NCBI GenBank assembly: GCA_039621445.1
Contig: CP154954.1
Coordinates: 22,642,954-22,706,953 of the forward strand
DNA: 64,000 nt
Direction of reading: 5' to 3'
From: Euglena gracilis
Taxonomy: Eukaryota
The notes beneath the pieces were generated by a model that had not been told where the DNA came from, did no database searches, and worked only from the letters and a program-made list of their open reading frames with translations. This document shows positions 11,846-24,748 of the stretch, in pieces. Every line of letters starts with the position of its first letter. Position 1 is the stretch's first letter. Position numbers and translations under genes: made by a program.

Positions 11846-14800
11846 GGCCGGCCTGGGCATATGGCAAAGGATTGCCTGAACCATGAAGGACAGGGGCCAG
11901 AGGTCGCTCGCATCGGCCCCGTCCCGCCCGGCATGACATTTGGGAAATAAAATGAACAGCCTCCACTCTGTTTGGCTTACAACACCGAGTTTTCTGCGAC
12001 CAGAGGGGACCAATCCCCAGGGGGGTTCCACCACACCCCTTTCTTTCAAAGACATAGGGGTCTGGGGGGGGCCTGTGTGATCTTAAGGTTAAGAGTGTTG
12101 TGCCATTGAAATGAAAGTTTTGTCAACATTCCATCAAAAATGCCGGTTTCCATCGAGCTACCCCTTTGAGCAGTGGCAAAACAATTCCCGAGCTGGAAAC
12201 CAACCATACAATTTACGTACACTACTTCCAAAGAATTGAGGTCGAAGAATTGTTACCATTAAGCTTCAAGTTCACCATGTTTTTTTTTATTGCGAGAACC
12301 AAAAAAAATTTCCGGTTGAAAAATGGCTACCCTGCTTACCCCTTTGACCGGCCCCCAAGAAATAATCCCACGAACCATTATTGTTGCGATAAAAATGGAT
12401 TTCGTTGTGAAAATTTTGCAATATTTGTGTTTGTTTTTCCCCACTTTTTTTTTGTTAAAAATGCTCGTCAGCACCTGTCCCCTTTTCAGGTGGCAGAGTG
12501 TTGATGAAGCAGGTCAGTTTTCCACGGAAGGTCGCCCCCACCCCCCGAAGGAAAAAATCGTTCCGGCCAGCAGACCCCACCCGGCACATCTGCGTACCAC
12601 AACACAAGGTTGCCATTTCACCCAAAATTAGCTTGCCGAAGTTGTTGTTATTTGGTTGCTTTCTCACGTTTTCCTTCCAGCTGAGGAGTGAAGGCAACCA
12701 CCATTCTTGAATGGTTGGCATCGAGCACTGGGTTGTCCCCACAAAATGTGATGGTCTTAAAAATGAACCCTTTTTTGACGTCTCCCATGGTTGGGGTTTC
12801 CCCTCACTGGTTTTTACTCAAATGTTGCCGCAAAGATTCACCCTAGTCTTCGACAGGGTCAACGGGTTGTGTAGAAGGCCTGAAAATTTATGGGTCATCC
12901 CAATCCCCAGCCCTAACGCCAGCCCATCGTCTGTGGTGATGGTGTGTATACACCTGCACACCCCCGCGCAGCAGTGCCCAGCCGGCTCTGGTGCATCGCA
13001 CTGTGCAAAATTGAAGCCGGTCTAGTGCAAACAATTTTTTCGCTTTATTGACCCGACCCCCTTCGTCCATTTGTGCTGCAAACCAACCCAGCTTCAGGGA
13101 AGACAGCGAGGCGGCCCACCTGCAGGCTTTTGACTAATGTCTGTCAACCCTGGTGGAAGAACCATCAATGAGAATGTGCCACACCCACATTCTGCGGGGA
13201 TGCTCCGGTATTCCGTCTCAGCCCCCTCATCCAAGGAACTGAAGGCTCGGCTGGAAAAAAACCACAAAAACAAAGAATTTTTTTTTGAGATTTCCCGTCA
13301 CCCGGACCCTAATCTCTGCCTTGGAAATTGGTATGGGTGGGGAGCTTGTTGTTGGGTCATGTGGCGTCGAAGTCGGCTGGTGTGTTTCGCCACGACCGGT
13401 GGGGTGGGGGCTGGTCATAGGAGACCCCACGGCCCAATCCTAATCTAAACCTAAACTAAAATTAATGCCTCTCTCTCTCTCACTCTGTGCGTGTGTGTGT
13501 GTATGTCTGTCTGTCTGTGTGTGTAAAACATCGCATTTGTTTCTGGCACCCTGCCCATTGTGTGTGTGTGTGTGTGTGTGTTGGGACGCCGTTTGGACCC
13601 CCCCCCCCGAAAGGGTGTGGGGTGCAGTGGGTCAGGTTCAGCCTTGCAGGGTCGGAAAAATTCAATGAATGTTTTTCACCCAATATCTTATGCATTCTTA
13701 TGCATTATCGGTCCCAGGCTTCTTTTTAAGTTACCTGACCCCCCCCCCCCGGGGGAGGGGGGTGGGTGGGTGGGTCCGGGCCGGACCCCCCCGGGGGGGT
13801 CTTAAAAAGAAGCCTGATCGGTCCCCTCGGGGGGGGGTGCGCAAGGGGTAGGTTTGTCCCAGAGAGAAGTTCCCCGCCGGGGAGGCGGTTCACTCAGCGA
13901 ATCTATGCGCACCGGATCCAGCGGCGGCTCTGGGACCTGACCCCAGCTCCAACCGGGACATGTGGATCCGGTGCCGGCGCTGCTCCCGCCTGGGCCACAT
14001 CGCCCGGGACTGCCCCCGGGCCAAGGAGGACGGCCAGGTGGGGCACCCGGCAGTGGGCGGCCTCGGCATCCTGGAAGGCAGAACGCTTCAACCTCAGAAA
14101 GGCTTCTTTTTTCCCCATTGGTCCTGAGGATGAGAATGCATGTTTCAGGATGGTCGTCTCTTGCTGTGTTGGCGGGCCAGCTGGTCTGTCGGCAACATCC
14201 CCCCCCCCCAGTTGATAAGCCCATGAGGACCAATTTGACTAAATTGGCTGCCCAAATAGCAACCCCCCCCCCACGCGGCAGTAAAGACAAAGAAAACAAC
14301 CACCAGAACACTCGGAAAGTTACAAAATCGGTCAGGATGAATATAAAGCAGCAGCCATTGTGCAACCCCCCACCCAAATGCAAAAAACATATGTCCTTGC
14401 GGCCTGCAGTGCTTTTCTGGTTTTTAATTTTTGATTAGAAACTACAACCCCCAAAATGAGGACCATCGCTTGGATCTGTCATCTATTATTTGGAGAGGGA
14501 GTGGTAGGGGGGCGGGCAAGGAGACAAAAGGGACCGGTTATCCGGTGTTGTTTTGTTGACCTTTTTTTAGCCTCAATAAGAAACACAAACCACATGAATA
14601 TGATCTAAAGCAAATTTAAATTATTTCAACACAAATGGAATGTCATCATATTACGCAATTCCTCACACTTTCACACTTTCCTTGTGCTTTCCACCATTCC
14701 GTTTTCCTTGCCTGCCGGCCGGATTTGTGTGCCTTTCCCGCCCTTCCCCACCTGCCCCCCGAGGAGTTCCGCAGCACACGCAGCTCCTTCGTGCGCCGCA

Positions 14801-17800
14801 GCGGCAGCAACGAGCGCCCTCGCCCCGATTTCCCCCGGCCGGACCGCGACCGCTACGCCCCCCGACCGCGCGGCGCGACGACGACCGCCCATGACCTGCG
14901 ACGGAAGGAGAGGCCACGTGGGCAGGCGGATGGGGGAGCCCTGCTGGGGCATTGGAGCTGGTGTAAGGAACGTTTCGTGTAAGGAGCGCAATGCACAATG
15001 GTGTTGAATGATTTTTTGTCAAGGATTGCCCCCCCCCGAGGGACCCCCGACGATGACGGCCGTTTTGACAGAAGAGTTCGGCCATGGGGGGGGCTTTTGC
15101 TTTGGATTGGTTGCTGGTGTAAGGAACGTTTCGTGTAACCCCAATAGATCCAGCAACGCACAATTTTTTTTTTTGTCAAGGATTGCTTTTTTTTTTTGTT
15201 TTCTTTTTTTTATTTTTTTTTTTTTATTTTGCCAGACACCGTTCCCGTTTTTCGGTGGGCAATGAACTGGGAATGACTGCGAGAATGTATGATTGGTGCA
15301 TAATGAGCCATTCATGTTTCAATTGATATTCCTATGATGCATATCCGCCCCTGTCCAGGGAATTGCTGAAGCTGGGGGGGGGGGGACCCTGCCCCAGGGG
15401 TGGGGTCCAGCCAGCACCCTTCTCCCACTGTTGGGATCGGTCCGAAAGCCAAAAAAATTTGAACAATGGCCAAAGAAGGGATATTTCGGTGTTTTTGGTT
15501 TTCACCTCATACTTTTGGCTGAAAAATACAACCACCTGATTGGGATCTTTGTGCCTGCATTTTTTTTTTTGACATCAGGAATTTTTTTTTTGGTAACAGG
15601 GAATGGATGCCGGGTCCAGCCCCCGGATCCTCCCCCAAGGTGATTATACTGCCCACAAGCAGACAGACGGACGGACGGAGGGACAAACAGGCAGACAAAC
15701 AGAGAGACAGATAGACAGACCGTAACATCACAGACCACCCCCCACAAACCCCCCCCCACACAGAATCGAGAGAACGATGAGAGAGAGAGAGAGAGACAAG
15801 ACAGTAAAACATATCTTAACATACCTCTCTACACACCCCCCCCCACACTCCGTCTCTCTATCTCCTAAAATATATAGAGAGAGAGAGAGAGATAGAGAGA
15901 GTACGACAGAGATTCCAGCACCTCTTTTCCAGGACAGTTGTTGGACCCCTTTGAGGTCTTTAAGAAATGCCCTTTCCCCCTCTTTCAAGAAGTGAGCACC
16001 CCAAGTAGACCCCAGAGAAATTTGCATGCAGTTTTGCTTCTTTTTTTTGCACGTTTTTTTTAAATTTATTTTTATTTTGGAAGGCCTTGTTGTGTTTCCC
16101 CCTCCCCTGAAAGGCTGCTTTTAATTGAAGGCAACACCTTGCCGAGGTTGGTTGCTGTTGGCAGGCGCCCTACAACACAAGGTACCCCCACGGTGTTGAT
16201 GGTTTTCTGGCAAAATCCCTGAAGGACCTGTTATGTTGAATGTTTGGCAACCTCCTGTATGGGAGGATGAGCGACGGTCCCGGTCAAGGTCACGAGGGCC
16301 AGGCTGAAAGATCATTTCTCCCTACCTCCAGAACTCAAGGGTAGCCAATATTTTTTAAAAATTGCCATCAAAAGCGGCCAAAATGAAGGCGAAGCTGAAC
16401 TTTTTTTCCCTGCCAGAAATTGCCACAGTTAAGACAAGTTTTGATACCACGCAATCTCCTGTCTGACAGACCACTACAGTCTGAGGTTGTGGCCCAATCC
16501 CTGGGGACCCGCAGGACGTGCCACACATGCATGTTGTAGTCCAGGCCAATTACGATGTTGCACGGGGATTCACCAAGGATATATATTGATATTGGTTTTG
16601 GGGGGGTCCCGATAAATGTGGATAGATTGACACCGCGACATCGTCGATAAAAGTCGATGAAACCGATATGACTCCTTTTTGTGATTTGGAAACCCAAACT
16701 CGCCCCAAAAAACAACAACAAAAAAGTACGTCACCCCCCCCCCCCAATTAAGACGATATTTCACGATATTTTTTCCGGGCCCGGTAAATTCAAGGTTTTC
16801 GATAAACCCGATATGGGCCGATATCCAATATCCATCCTTGGATTCACCCTCCCTTCTTTTGACCCTTCGGCCTGCCAGCGGCGGGACGACCGACGAGAGG
16901 GCCGGTTGAAGGCCATCGAGAACCGCCCCTCCCGGGACCGCTCCGAGAAGGACAAGGAGAAGGACCGGGAGCGCGAGAAGGAAAGGGAGCGGGAAACGGA
17001 GCGGGAGAAGGAGGAGAAGGAGAGGGAGAGGGAGAGGGAGAAAGAGAAGGAGAGGGAGCGGGAGCAGGCTGAATTTTGGGGCGTGGCATACCGCACCCGG
17101 CATGGGGGTGTGCCACACCCCCATGCCTGCCCGGGCAGGCACCCCAAGGAACCCAGACAGGGAATTTCTCAAGCCGGGAAAGATGCCCATTTTTGGCCAT
17201 TTTTGGGATTTTTTTTTGGACAAAATCAGCCAAAAAATGCATCAAAAACCTAACTTCATCTCGGCGCACTGCGCCGGAGAAAAATTTTTCCAGTTGGCGG
17301 GACCCCGGACCCCGGACCCCCCTCCAGGGTCCAGGGTCGAAATGGATGGCCAGTGGACCCCCCCGGGGGTCTTTAAGCAATGGCCTGCACCGTGCACTGA
17401 CCAAGACCCCCCCCGCCCCCGGGATTGGCCAATTTCAGCCTGAGAAGGAGAAGGAGAAGGAAAAGGAGAGGGAGAAGGAGAAAGAGCGGGAGCGGGAGAA
17501 AGAGCGGGAGAGGGAGAAGGAGAAGGAGAAGGAGAGGGAGAAGGAGAAGGAGAAGGAGAGGGAGAAGGAGAAGGATGACCCCCCGCGCCACTCAGGGGAG
17601 GTTCTGCGCCCTGGGGTGGGTAAGTGAATTTGTCACAAAAGAAAGATTTTTTGGGGAGAGGCTTGTTGGCATTGGGTGGGAGGCACAGTATATGAATGAG
17701 GGCAATTACCATCTCTCTCTCTCTCTCTCTCTCTCTTTCTGTGTGGGTGTGGGTGTGTGGTCTGTCTGTCTCTCTCTCTCTCTGTGTGTGTGTGTTTATG

Positions 17801-19421
17801 TCTGTCTGTCTCTCTGATTGTCTTTCTGGCGGCCTGTTTGACCCTCCATCCATCCGTCTATCTGCTTGTGGGCAATGTAATCATCTTGTCCTCAGTTATC
17901 TCTGGCGTCTCGGCCAGTGATAACGTCTCGGGGGTGGGGGGTCCTGGCAAAGCCCCCCTGGGGGGAGTCGGGCCAAGTGGGTGCCTTCGCTGGAGGCGGG
18001 GGTTTTCCCTCCATTTTCGGCGCTGTGCGGCGAAAGTTTTTTGGGACCCCAATATTGACACCCCAAAAGTGGGCCCCCCTGAGCCCCCCAGGGCAGAAAG
18101 GGAATCGGCCAAACAGCCAGGGTGGTGGTGGTGGGGGTGTCGACCCCCCCCCACCCCCTACGTGGTCGGTGGGGGGGGGTCGACCCCCCCCCACCAGGCC
18201 TTCCCGTACAGCCCTGGCCCCCCAGGCCCCCCCTACGTGGTGGGTGGTTGGGTCTGGTCCCCTGAGTCTTAAAAAAAAACCCTGGCCAGGGGACTTCTCA
18301 TGCCAGAGGGATCCTCCCCCTGGGGGGTTCAGCCCGTCAACGCTTTCAGTAGTCAGCTGTGGACTGCCGATCCCCTTTTGTTTTTAATATTACAGTTTGG
18401 CACTACACAACCGGGCTGATCCCAAAAACGTCCAGTGCTAGAAATTCAGAGAAAATGACGAATCATCAATGGTTTGCTGCTGGTGTTTTGAGGGCTTGGA
18501 GAGACAGGTAATTTTGGGCTAACAAGTTCCAACCCAGCTGGGTTCCATTTTTTTTTTTTGCTGCTTGCACCCCCCCCCCCCCCCTTTGACCCCCTCTCTC
18601 CCCCAGGGGGGGGGGTTGGTTGGTCAGCTCTCACCACACAAACTGTGTCTGAAGCGAATTTGGTGCCAGCCATAAACCGACAAGAAGCCTCCGTGCAACA
18701 AAGGGACTTGGTCAGCACCATTGACCCCATCCCCTCCAATCTCGGTTGCCTCCTCCTCCTTCCTCAAAGAGCAAAGCTCGGTGCCTCCCACGGGCCACTG
18801 TGGCGACCCTTCCCCTGCCCCGCCGCAGCGAGGACCGCCCCTCGGCCCCCGATGACCGGAAGCGGGAGGACCGCCGCAGCCGCACCCGGTCCCCGGACAG
18901 CGCCCATCGCCGGGCCGGGGCCAGGGAGGGCGGTCGGGTCACCACATGGGGTGCACAGTGTTGTTGTCACGGCATCCCGAGGGATCCATCTCAGGAGCGG
19001 AGTCCACCGCATCGCGAGGGGATGGCGCTGCTTGGCTTGAGCTTGCCCAGCAGCTTCAGATTGATCCGCCATCGTGTTTTCCGTTTTTTTTTCTGGTGTA
19101 TTTGCCGCTTCTGTGGCGGCGACAGTGACATTGCCATTTTTTGCACGTTTTTTATTTCCCCGACATACTGAAATTGAAGGTGGCCTCCAGCAATGCCAAG
19201 CCATTGCGTAGCTGGGGCTTGTGCTCGTTTCTCAGATGGCAGAGTGGGGTATGGCAACGAACCCCCACGCGTGCCCCTCGCGGGACACTTCGGCCCACGT
19301 CCTCCGGCACGGCGATGCTGGGGACAGCCGGAGACGGCGGCGTAGCCCCAGCCGGGACCGGGACGACCGGCGGGCGCGCCGCAGCCGCGATCGGGCGCGG
19401 GACCGGTACGCGCCGTACTGA
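11846..19421 (+). CDS. Host gene (3' part): CCHC zinc-knuckle protein with RS/RD/RE-rich tail, probable RNA-binding or splicing factor. Exons ~11846-11887, 13945-14031, 14761-14919, 16880-17061, 17448-17589, 18822-18894, 19326-19421
   Basis: GC3-rich exons join as [52 protein letters not shown]...RDDRRE...(ER/EK)n...[11 protein letters not shown]...RDRYAPY*; three junctions need small indels or non-consensus spacing; upstream exons not found. Confidence 0.75.
11888..13944 (+). other. Euglenid-type nonconventional intron
   Basis: gga-CAGGGGCCAGAG...CTCTGGGACCTG-acccc|A; ends pair at 10/12 positions; removal is in frame. Confidence 0.8.
13715..13816. mobile_element. 102-bp MITE with perfect 16-bp TIR and 8-bp TSD
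   Basis: CAGGCTTCTTTTTAAG / CTTAAAAAGAAGCCTG; TSD ATCGGTCC at 13707-13714 and 13817-13824. Confidence 0.92.
14032..14760 (+). other. Nonconventional intron
   Basis: ggc-CAGGTGGGG...CCCCACCTG-cccccc|G; 9-bp perfect pairing; in frame. Confidence 0.75.
14920..16879 (+). other. Probable nonconventional intron (exact junction uncertain)
   Basis: ggg-CAGGCGGA...TCGGCCTG-ccagc|G; frame requires an indel in the preceding exon or a shifted junction. Confidence 0.55.
16574..16840. mobile_element. MITE with imperfect CAAGG TIRs and 7-bp TSD
   Basis: CAAGGAT...GATATTGG / CCAATATC.ATCCTTG; GATTCAC on both flanks; internal CGAT(A) motif repeats. Confidence 0.7.
17062..17447 (+). other. Nonconventional intron
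   Basis: gag-CAGGCTGAA...TTCAGCCTG-agaag|G; in frame between two RE/EK-repeat exons. Confidence 0.85.
17590..18821 (+). other. Probable nonconventional intron
   Basis: act-CAGGGGAGG...CCTTCCCCTG-cccc|G; in frame with N4, one C short of consensus. Confidence 0.65.
18895..19325 (+). other. Probable nonconventional intron
   Basis: gga-CAGC(gcc)CATCGCCGGGCCGGGG pairs with CTCCGGCACGGCGATGCTG-gggac|A; needs one extra C in the upstream C-run for frame. Confidence 0.65.
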
Positions 19422-20669
19422 GGTCGGCCCTGCTGCGGGGGGGCTGACGCTGTCGTTGTGTCACCAGCATTCCAGGCACATCGAACGCACAACAGCTCGT
19501 ACGGTCGGAGACTGCGCGTCCAACGTTAGACGTTGGATGGGGGAGTGGGGGCCGATGTCCCGGTGGCTAGAGTACCATGCCTCCCACATTGCGCTGAACC
19601 CATGCACAACGTCCTCTGTATTCACTCGAGAAGATTAACTCTCGCCCAGGATTGGTTTTTTGGGCCAGCATTTGTTATGTGAAGAAGGCTTTTGCTTGGC
19701 GACCGTGCGGGGTCCACTGGCTGGCCATTTTTGCATTGGAAAAAATGGACCTAGCTAGACGCACCCAGGGTCCCCCCAATTGGAAAATTTCTCCTCCAAC
19801 GCTCAGCGCCGAGGTGGAAATGAGGTTTTTAGTGCTTTTTTTTGCTCTGATTTTGTTTCAAAAAGAAACAAAAAAAAACGGCCAAAAAGGGCATTTTTGG
19901 CAGTTTTGGGGATCCGATTTTTCCCCCCGGTGCTGTCACTGGAAAAAAATTCCGCCAGCGAACCCTACTAGCAGACCGCCCCCCCAGGTGGTCTGCTAGG
20001 ATTCTGCAAGCCAAACTTTTTGCCAGCTTCAGTCCAGCCACCAATCTCCCCACGCAGGTGCCACAAACCCTGAAGCCCAAGCCTGCATGCCTTGCTCGCA
20101 AGCGGTCCTTCTTTTCCGGATTGTTTTTCACCGGCATGAGCTAATGCACGTGAAAAATAATTTCTCCAGCAGCAACTTATTACGCCCACCCTGCCCCCAT
20201 GGCTTTTGCAGACATTCTTTTCAAAGGTGGGGCGTCGGGCGCCATAAAATTCCTGCGCCGCGGAAGAATGGCACTCCCAGGAAGGATGACCCGGGAGGAA
20301 CGGACCTTTCGGGAGAAGCAAAAGAGTGAGGTCCTGCTTGTTTTGCCCGTGTGTTGTTTGATTATTTTTTTTGGCGGGTTCTTTCTTAAAGCGCGTTTGG
20401 TGCCGGAGTTGGCGCTCCTGATGCCTCGAACAAACTTCTTGGCGAAGGTGAACCGGAGGGGTCCCTTTTCAGGCTTGCGGGCTCGTTTCCTCATTTGGGG
20501 GGGGGGGGGGCGGTGGGTTGGCGTTTTTTGGGTTTGGGTTGGGGCGGCCCACCCCCCTCTTGTGCTTCGCCCTCATGGTCCGTTCCTCCCAGGTCATCCT
20601 TCCCGGGAGTGCAAGACCATTCGGGCTGGACACACTCTGGGGGCGAGGTGTTGTGCACGCCCCCTGCTG

Positions 20670-21500
20670 TAGTGAACATTTTCCACCTTTTCCACTGCAC
20701 CAAATCTTAAATAGTGTGCTGAAAAAGCTTGGGAATATTTCCATTGGCCAAGCCCACAAACTTCTTAACTTGAAAACCCCAATTTTTTGCACATTAAAAC
20801 TCCAGCCCTCCTTGTAGAGTGAGCAGCCCAGTGATAAACTGGGATCCCAAATTTTTCATGAAATCTTTCGTCAAAGGATTAATGGTATTGGAGCCGAGGG
20901 GTTTCTTCCCATCCAAACTCCACAGCAAGGGCCCCCCAGGGGACAAAAAAGATGTACGTTTCACACACTCCCTCATGACATGATATGGGGATAAGAGGGG
21001 GTTGGAATAATTTTTCAAAAGTTGTTCCCACTTTGGAACTTTCCAGCCCTTTCTCTGGACCAAAATATTTTTTTTTTCACCAACCACAGAGATAGATCTC
21101 TGTGTTCTGGCTAGGTCAATTCCTCTGTGTAAGGCCAAAAGTCTGAACAACAATATGGTTCTGAGTCTCAACTCACTGGTGGACATAATGTCCAGTGGAC
21201 CCCCTCCCCCAGTTTTTGTAAGATGGGTAAGGGATCCCAAAAGGTTCCATATTTCTGAGCATTTTTGTTCCAACAGGATCTGACATTCTTCAGCAGAGGG
21301 TGAAAAGAAACATGGTGGAAACCAGGGAGTGATGTGGCAGCAAAAAAGTGTTTCTGGCCTCAGCACTCGTGCAACTCCAGGACGCTGGACACAATGTCCA
21401 AGATGGTTGCCTGCAGGGGGTCCAAAACAAGTCCTGCAGCAGCACGTACAATTTTCTGAAGGCCCTGTCGTATCTCATTAAAGTGGAGTTACTTTTTAAG
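20670..21500 (-). pseudogene. DIRS tyrosine recombinase (frameshifted)
   Basis: LHRGIDLAR, QRKG, then in a shifted frame AHSTRRAGV and LGQWKYSQAFSAHY. Confidence 0.8.
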
Positions 21501-21506
21501 ATAATG

Positions 21507-21911
21507 TCACTTTGTGAATTTGACATCTTTTGCTGTCCAAAAGGAACCTGAAACAACGCTGCAGGCCAGGGGCCATTTTGGCCTGGGCATTGATTCCCCC
21601 CAACAATTTTTGAACATCCCTTGGCAGGGCGGAACCACTAACATTTTCACCCCAAGTTTGGACATTTTTGTTAATAGGGGCCACCATGCACTTGAAACCC
21701 ACATGGGGGTTATTAAAAGGCATTTTACCTGTTTGCTCATGGAAAGTTTGATGAGCCAGGGCATTATGACTTTCCAGGCGCGGTTGGAATACACTTCCCT
21801 CACCCCATCCAGGCAGCAGTTTAGAGCATCCACCAGAAAAGCCTGGTGGTGAGGCCATCTGGAGCAAAATTTTGGGAACTTTGTGTTCCCTGGGGATGCA
21901 AACATGTCCAC
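21507..21911 (-). pseudogene. DIRS-associated Dam-like adenine methyltransferase domain
   Basis: DMFAS...DAL...VYSNRAW (degenerate NPPW)...LLITPMW...WWPLL, directly after RNase H. Confidence 0.75.
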
Positions 21912-21989
21912 TGAGGGGGTGATGTGTTCTTAAAAAAATCTGCAAATTTTTTGAAAGATGATGGGGTTTAGGGTATAATCCGCCCCTGT

Positions 21990-23255
21990 CTTGTGACAAC
22001 CTTGTCAGGGGGTCTGCCATCATTTTTTCTGAAGGGACCCACTGGACCTGGAGCTGAATTTTGTTTTCCCAGCACCACTTCAGAAGGGGGTGTAAAATTC
22101 TCTTTAGTTGCTCTTTCCTTCCCCCCCATTTCTGCAGGTAGCTGAGTGCTACCTGATTGTACACTTTTAGTAGGACAGTCTCCCCCTTCTTTGCAAAGGA
22201 TTTTACAGCGTTTACTGTAGCAGCCAATTCCTTTACGTTTATGTGGAGCAAACTTTGCTCCCTCCAAAACTCTTGAATGAACAAATTTTGTGTGCTGTCC
22301 ACCAACCCCCCAGGCCCAGGTGGATGAATCTGAGTGCAGCACATGTTTGGATGTTTTTTAAAAAGGGTCGACCTGCCCCTGGCACAAAAAATTCTTTGAG
22401 GTTCTTGATTTCCACTTTCAGCTGGGTGGGTATGGGTACTGCAAAATCCCAACCCATGGTGGCGTTTAACTGGCTAAATTTAGTAATTCTTGTGTGACCA
22501 GCCTTAAGAATGGAAGGGCAGGGAGGTATGATCGTACCTGCCCTCGGATGCTGGCAATTTTTCTGCAAGAAAGGCTTTGAGCCAAGACCACCTTTCCCAG
22601 ATCCTTTCTGATGATTTTTAACTTTCCAGCTGGCACCTCCAGCAGCACCTCCTGGAGGTTGATGATGAACCCCAGGTGCTGCAGTTTTTGAGTGGGTGAT
22701 ATAATGTATTTTTTGAGGTATATCTTGAAACCTTCAGAACACAGATTTTTTATCATCATGGCCAGTTGCTTTTTTCCAAACTTTCTGAGGAACCAATTAG
22801 TATGATGTCGTCCAAATAAACGAATGCCATGAACCCTTTTGATCTCCAAAGTTTTTGGAGCACTTTCATGAGGGACATGAAAAGTTTTGGGAGAGTGCTT
22901 AGACCAAAACAAGCACATTGAAACTCCCACAGTTTTCCTCCTACCTCCATCCTTACAATTTTTTTGAGATTTTCTTGAAGGGCCAGGTGGAAGTAAGCAT
23001 CCTTGAGATCCAGCTTTGCAGCATACCAACTTGCTTGAGTAGAGGAAAAATGGTGGAAATGTTTTCCAGGGTGAATCTTTCTGGGGAACAATAAAGATTG
23101 AGTTCCCTGCAGTCTGCAATGAGACGATGTTTTACTCCCTCCCCTTCTGGTTTGGACAACACAAACCAGGACACCAGATGTTTGGTGTTTTGTGGATCTG
23201 TCACCACTTTGACAGCTCCTGATTTTTTGTAATCCTCCAAAATTTCTGTGGCCAT
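21990..23255 (-). pseudogene. DIRS reverse transcriptase and RNase H (frameshifted)
   Basis: FVLSK...RLIADCRELN, KLDLKDAYFH, FGLSTLP, YLDD, HLGFII; RH: HINVKELAA...WVPSEKMMADPLTR. Confidence 0.9.
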
Positions 23256-23519
23256 TAAAGTTTCTGGCTTATTCTTTTGCTGGGGACAGGTGGAAAGTTC
23301 TTCTGGAAGGGGTCAATCTGCCCCCACCCCTTGTTGTATCATTAGCAACACTTTGGGGTGAGCATGGTTTTTCCACCAGGGGAGACATTCCCTAACCTCT
23401 GAAAGAGAGGGCAGTCTTTCCATCTTTCCTCCAGACTCAGGATTATCTTTACCATCTTTTCCTCCCACTCACCTGGCTGCTGCTGCAGGTTGGGGCCCTG
23501 GGCTCCCTGGTTGGGGCTG

Positions 23520-24748
23520 GCTTATGTTGAAAGTGAGGTTGTGTGACAAGAAGAAGGGTGTGGAACATCTTGCTCCTTCCACAGCAGGGAGGCTTGACGT
23601 CTGTTCACCCCAATCTGGGGGCTGTCTGGTACCCTACCCAGGGGCCTGGATGTCAGGGCTTCCCTCTACCCTTTGTCCTGCAATGGACAAGGACGGAGGA
23701 ATGGGATTTGACTGGGTGCCATACCCTTTGGATGTCCAGGAACTTCTCCATACTTGGCTGCCATAACCTCTTCTTCCACCCTTGAATCCTCCTTTGAAAC
23801 CTTTGAATACTGCTTTGAATTTATAGCCTCGGCTTCCTGTGGTGGTGGGAAAATGCCACCATTCCACCCTACCCACCAGTGTGTTCATACAAGCACTGTT
23901 CAGCTTCTGCTGAGTCTTCACCACTTGAAGATCCTCTTTTGAAAAAAAATATTTGATCTCGAAGGTATTGCTCCAGGTATGCTTCGACGTTTCCGTTATC
24001 GTAGAAGGCCTTGCTCCAACTCCGCCATGGCGAAGAAGAGTTGCTGGGAGAGGACTCGATAGTCCTCTGGGAATGCATCCACTTGACTGTAGATGGTTGC
24101 CATCATTGTCGTCAAATGGATGATCTTATATTGTACCCATTTGAGCCTCTTGTCCATTGGGGCCTTGGCGTCTTGGTTGTGGTTGTTGTCTTCAGCTCGC
24201 GTTTTTAGGCCGTGAAAGAGGGGCAACTCGTTCAGGACTTGTTTCCAGGGAAACTTTGTACCTGCCGCCGCCTGCTTGAGGCCGGCCGACAGCTCCTGTG
24301 GAAGTGGAATCATATCCTCTTGCTAGGGGAGCCTCTCCGCTGTTGTCCCCGCCGCCACCTCTTCCTCGTCCTCCTTGTCGTCTTCTGCCATCGCGGCGCT
24401 TGTCGCGACCTTTTGCTTCCCTTTTTTCTTGGCGGTGGTGACTTCCAGCAGCGTTGTCCACGTGTCGGCCAGCCTGAAGGCACACTCTCCAGCTCTCTCG
24501 CTCAGATCCAACTGCAGCACTTCAATCTCACGTACCAAGTCGAGGGAGAAGAAGAAGGACATGAGGTACTCCACCCACCTGACTAGGGATATGCCGCTGA
24601 TAGCTCTCAGCTCCTTCGCCGCCCTCACAGTATTCCAGCCTCCTCCTTGCCAACGCAAGCCTGCCGTCAAAACTCTTTGAACATCTTCCACAGAGGTGTC
24701 TCGCAGAAACCCTACACCAGGTCTGTGTTCAAAAAGAAAGTACCCCAT
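23520..24748 (-). pseudogene. DIRS ORF1 (gag-like), interrupted
   Basis: Consecutive ORF pieces 24748-24323, 24313-23996 and onward, located between the left ITR and RT. Confidence 0.55.

Noticed and set aside
10743-12055. MYMY/ICIC/HIHI ORFs of 200-400 aa
   Set aside because: Translations of a stop-free microsatellite
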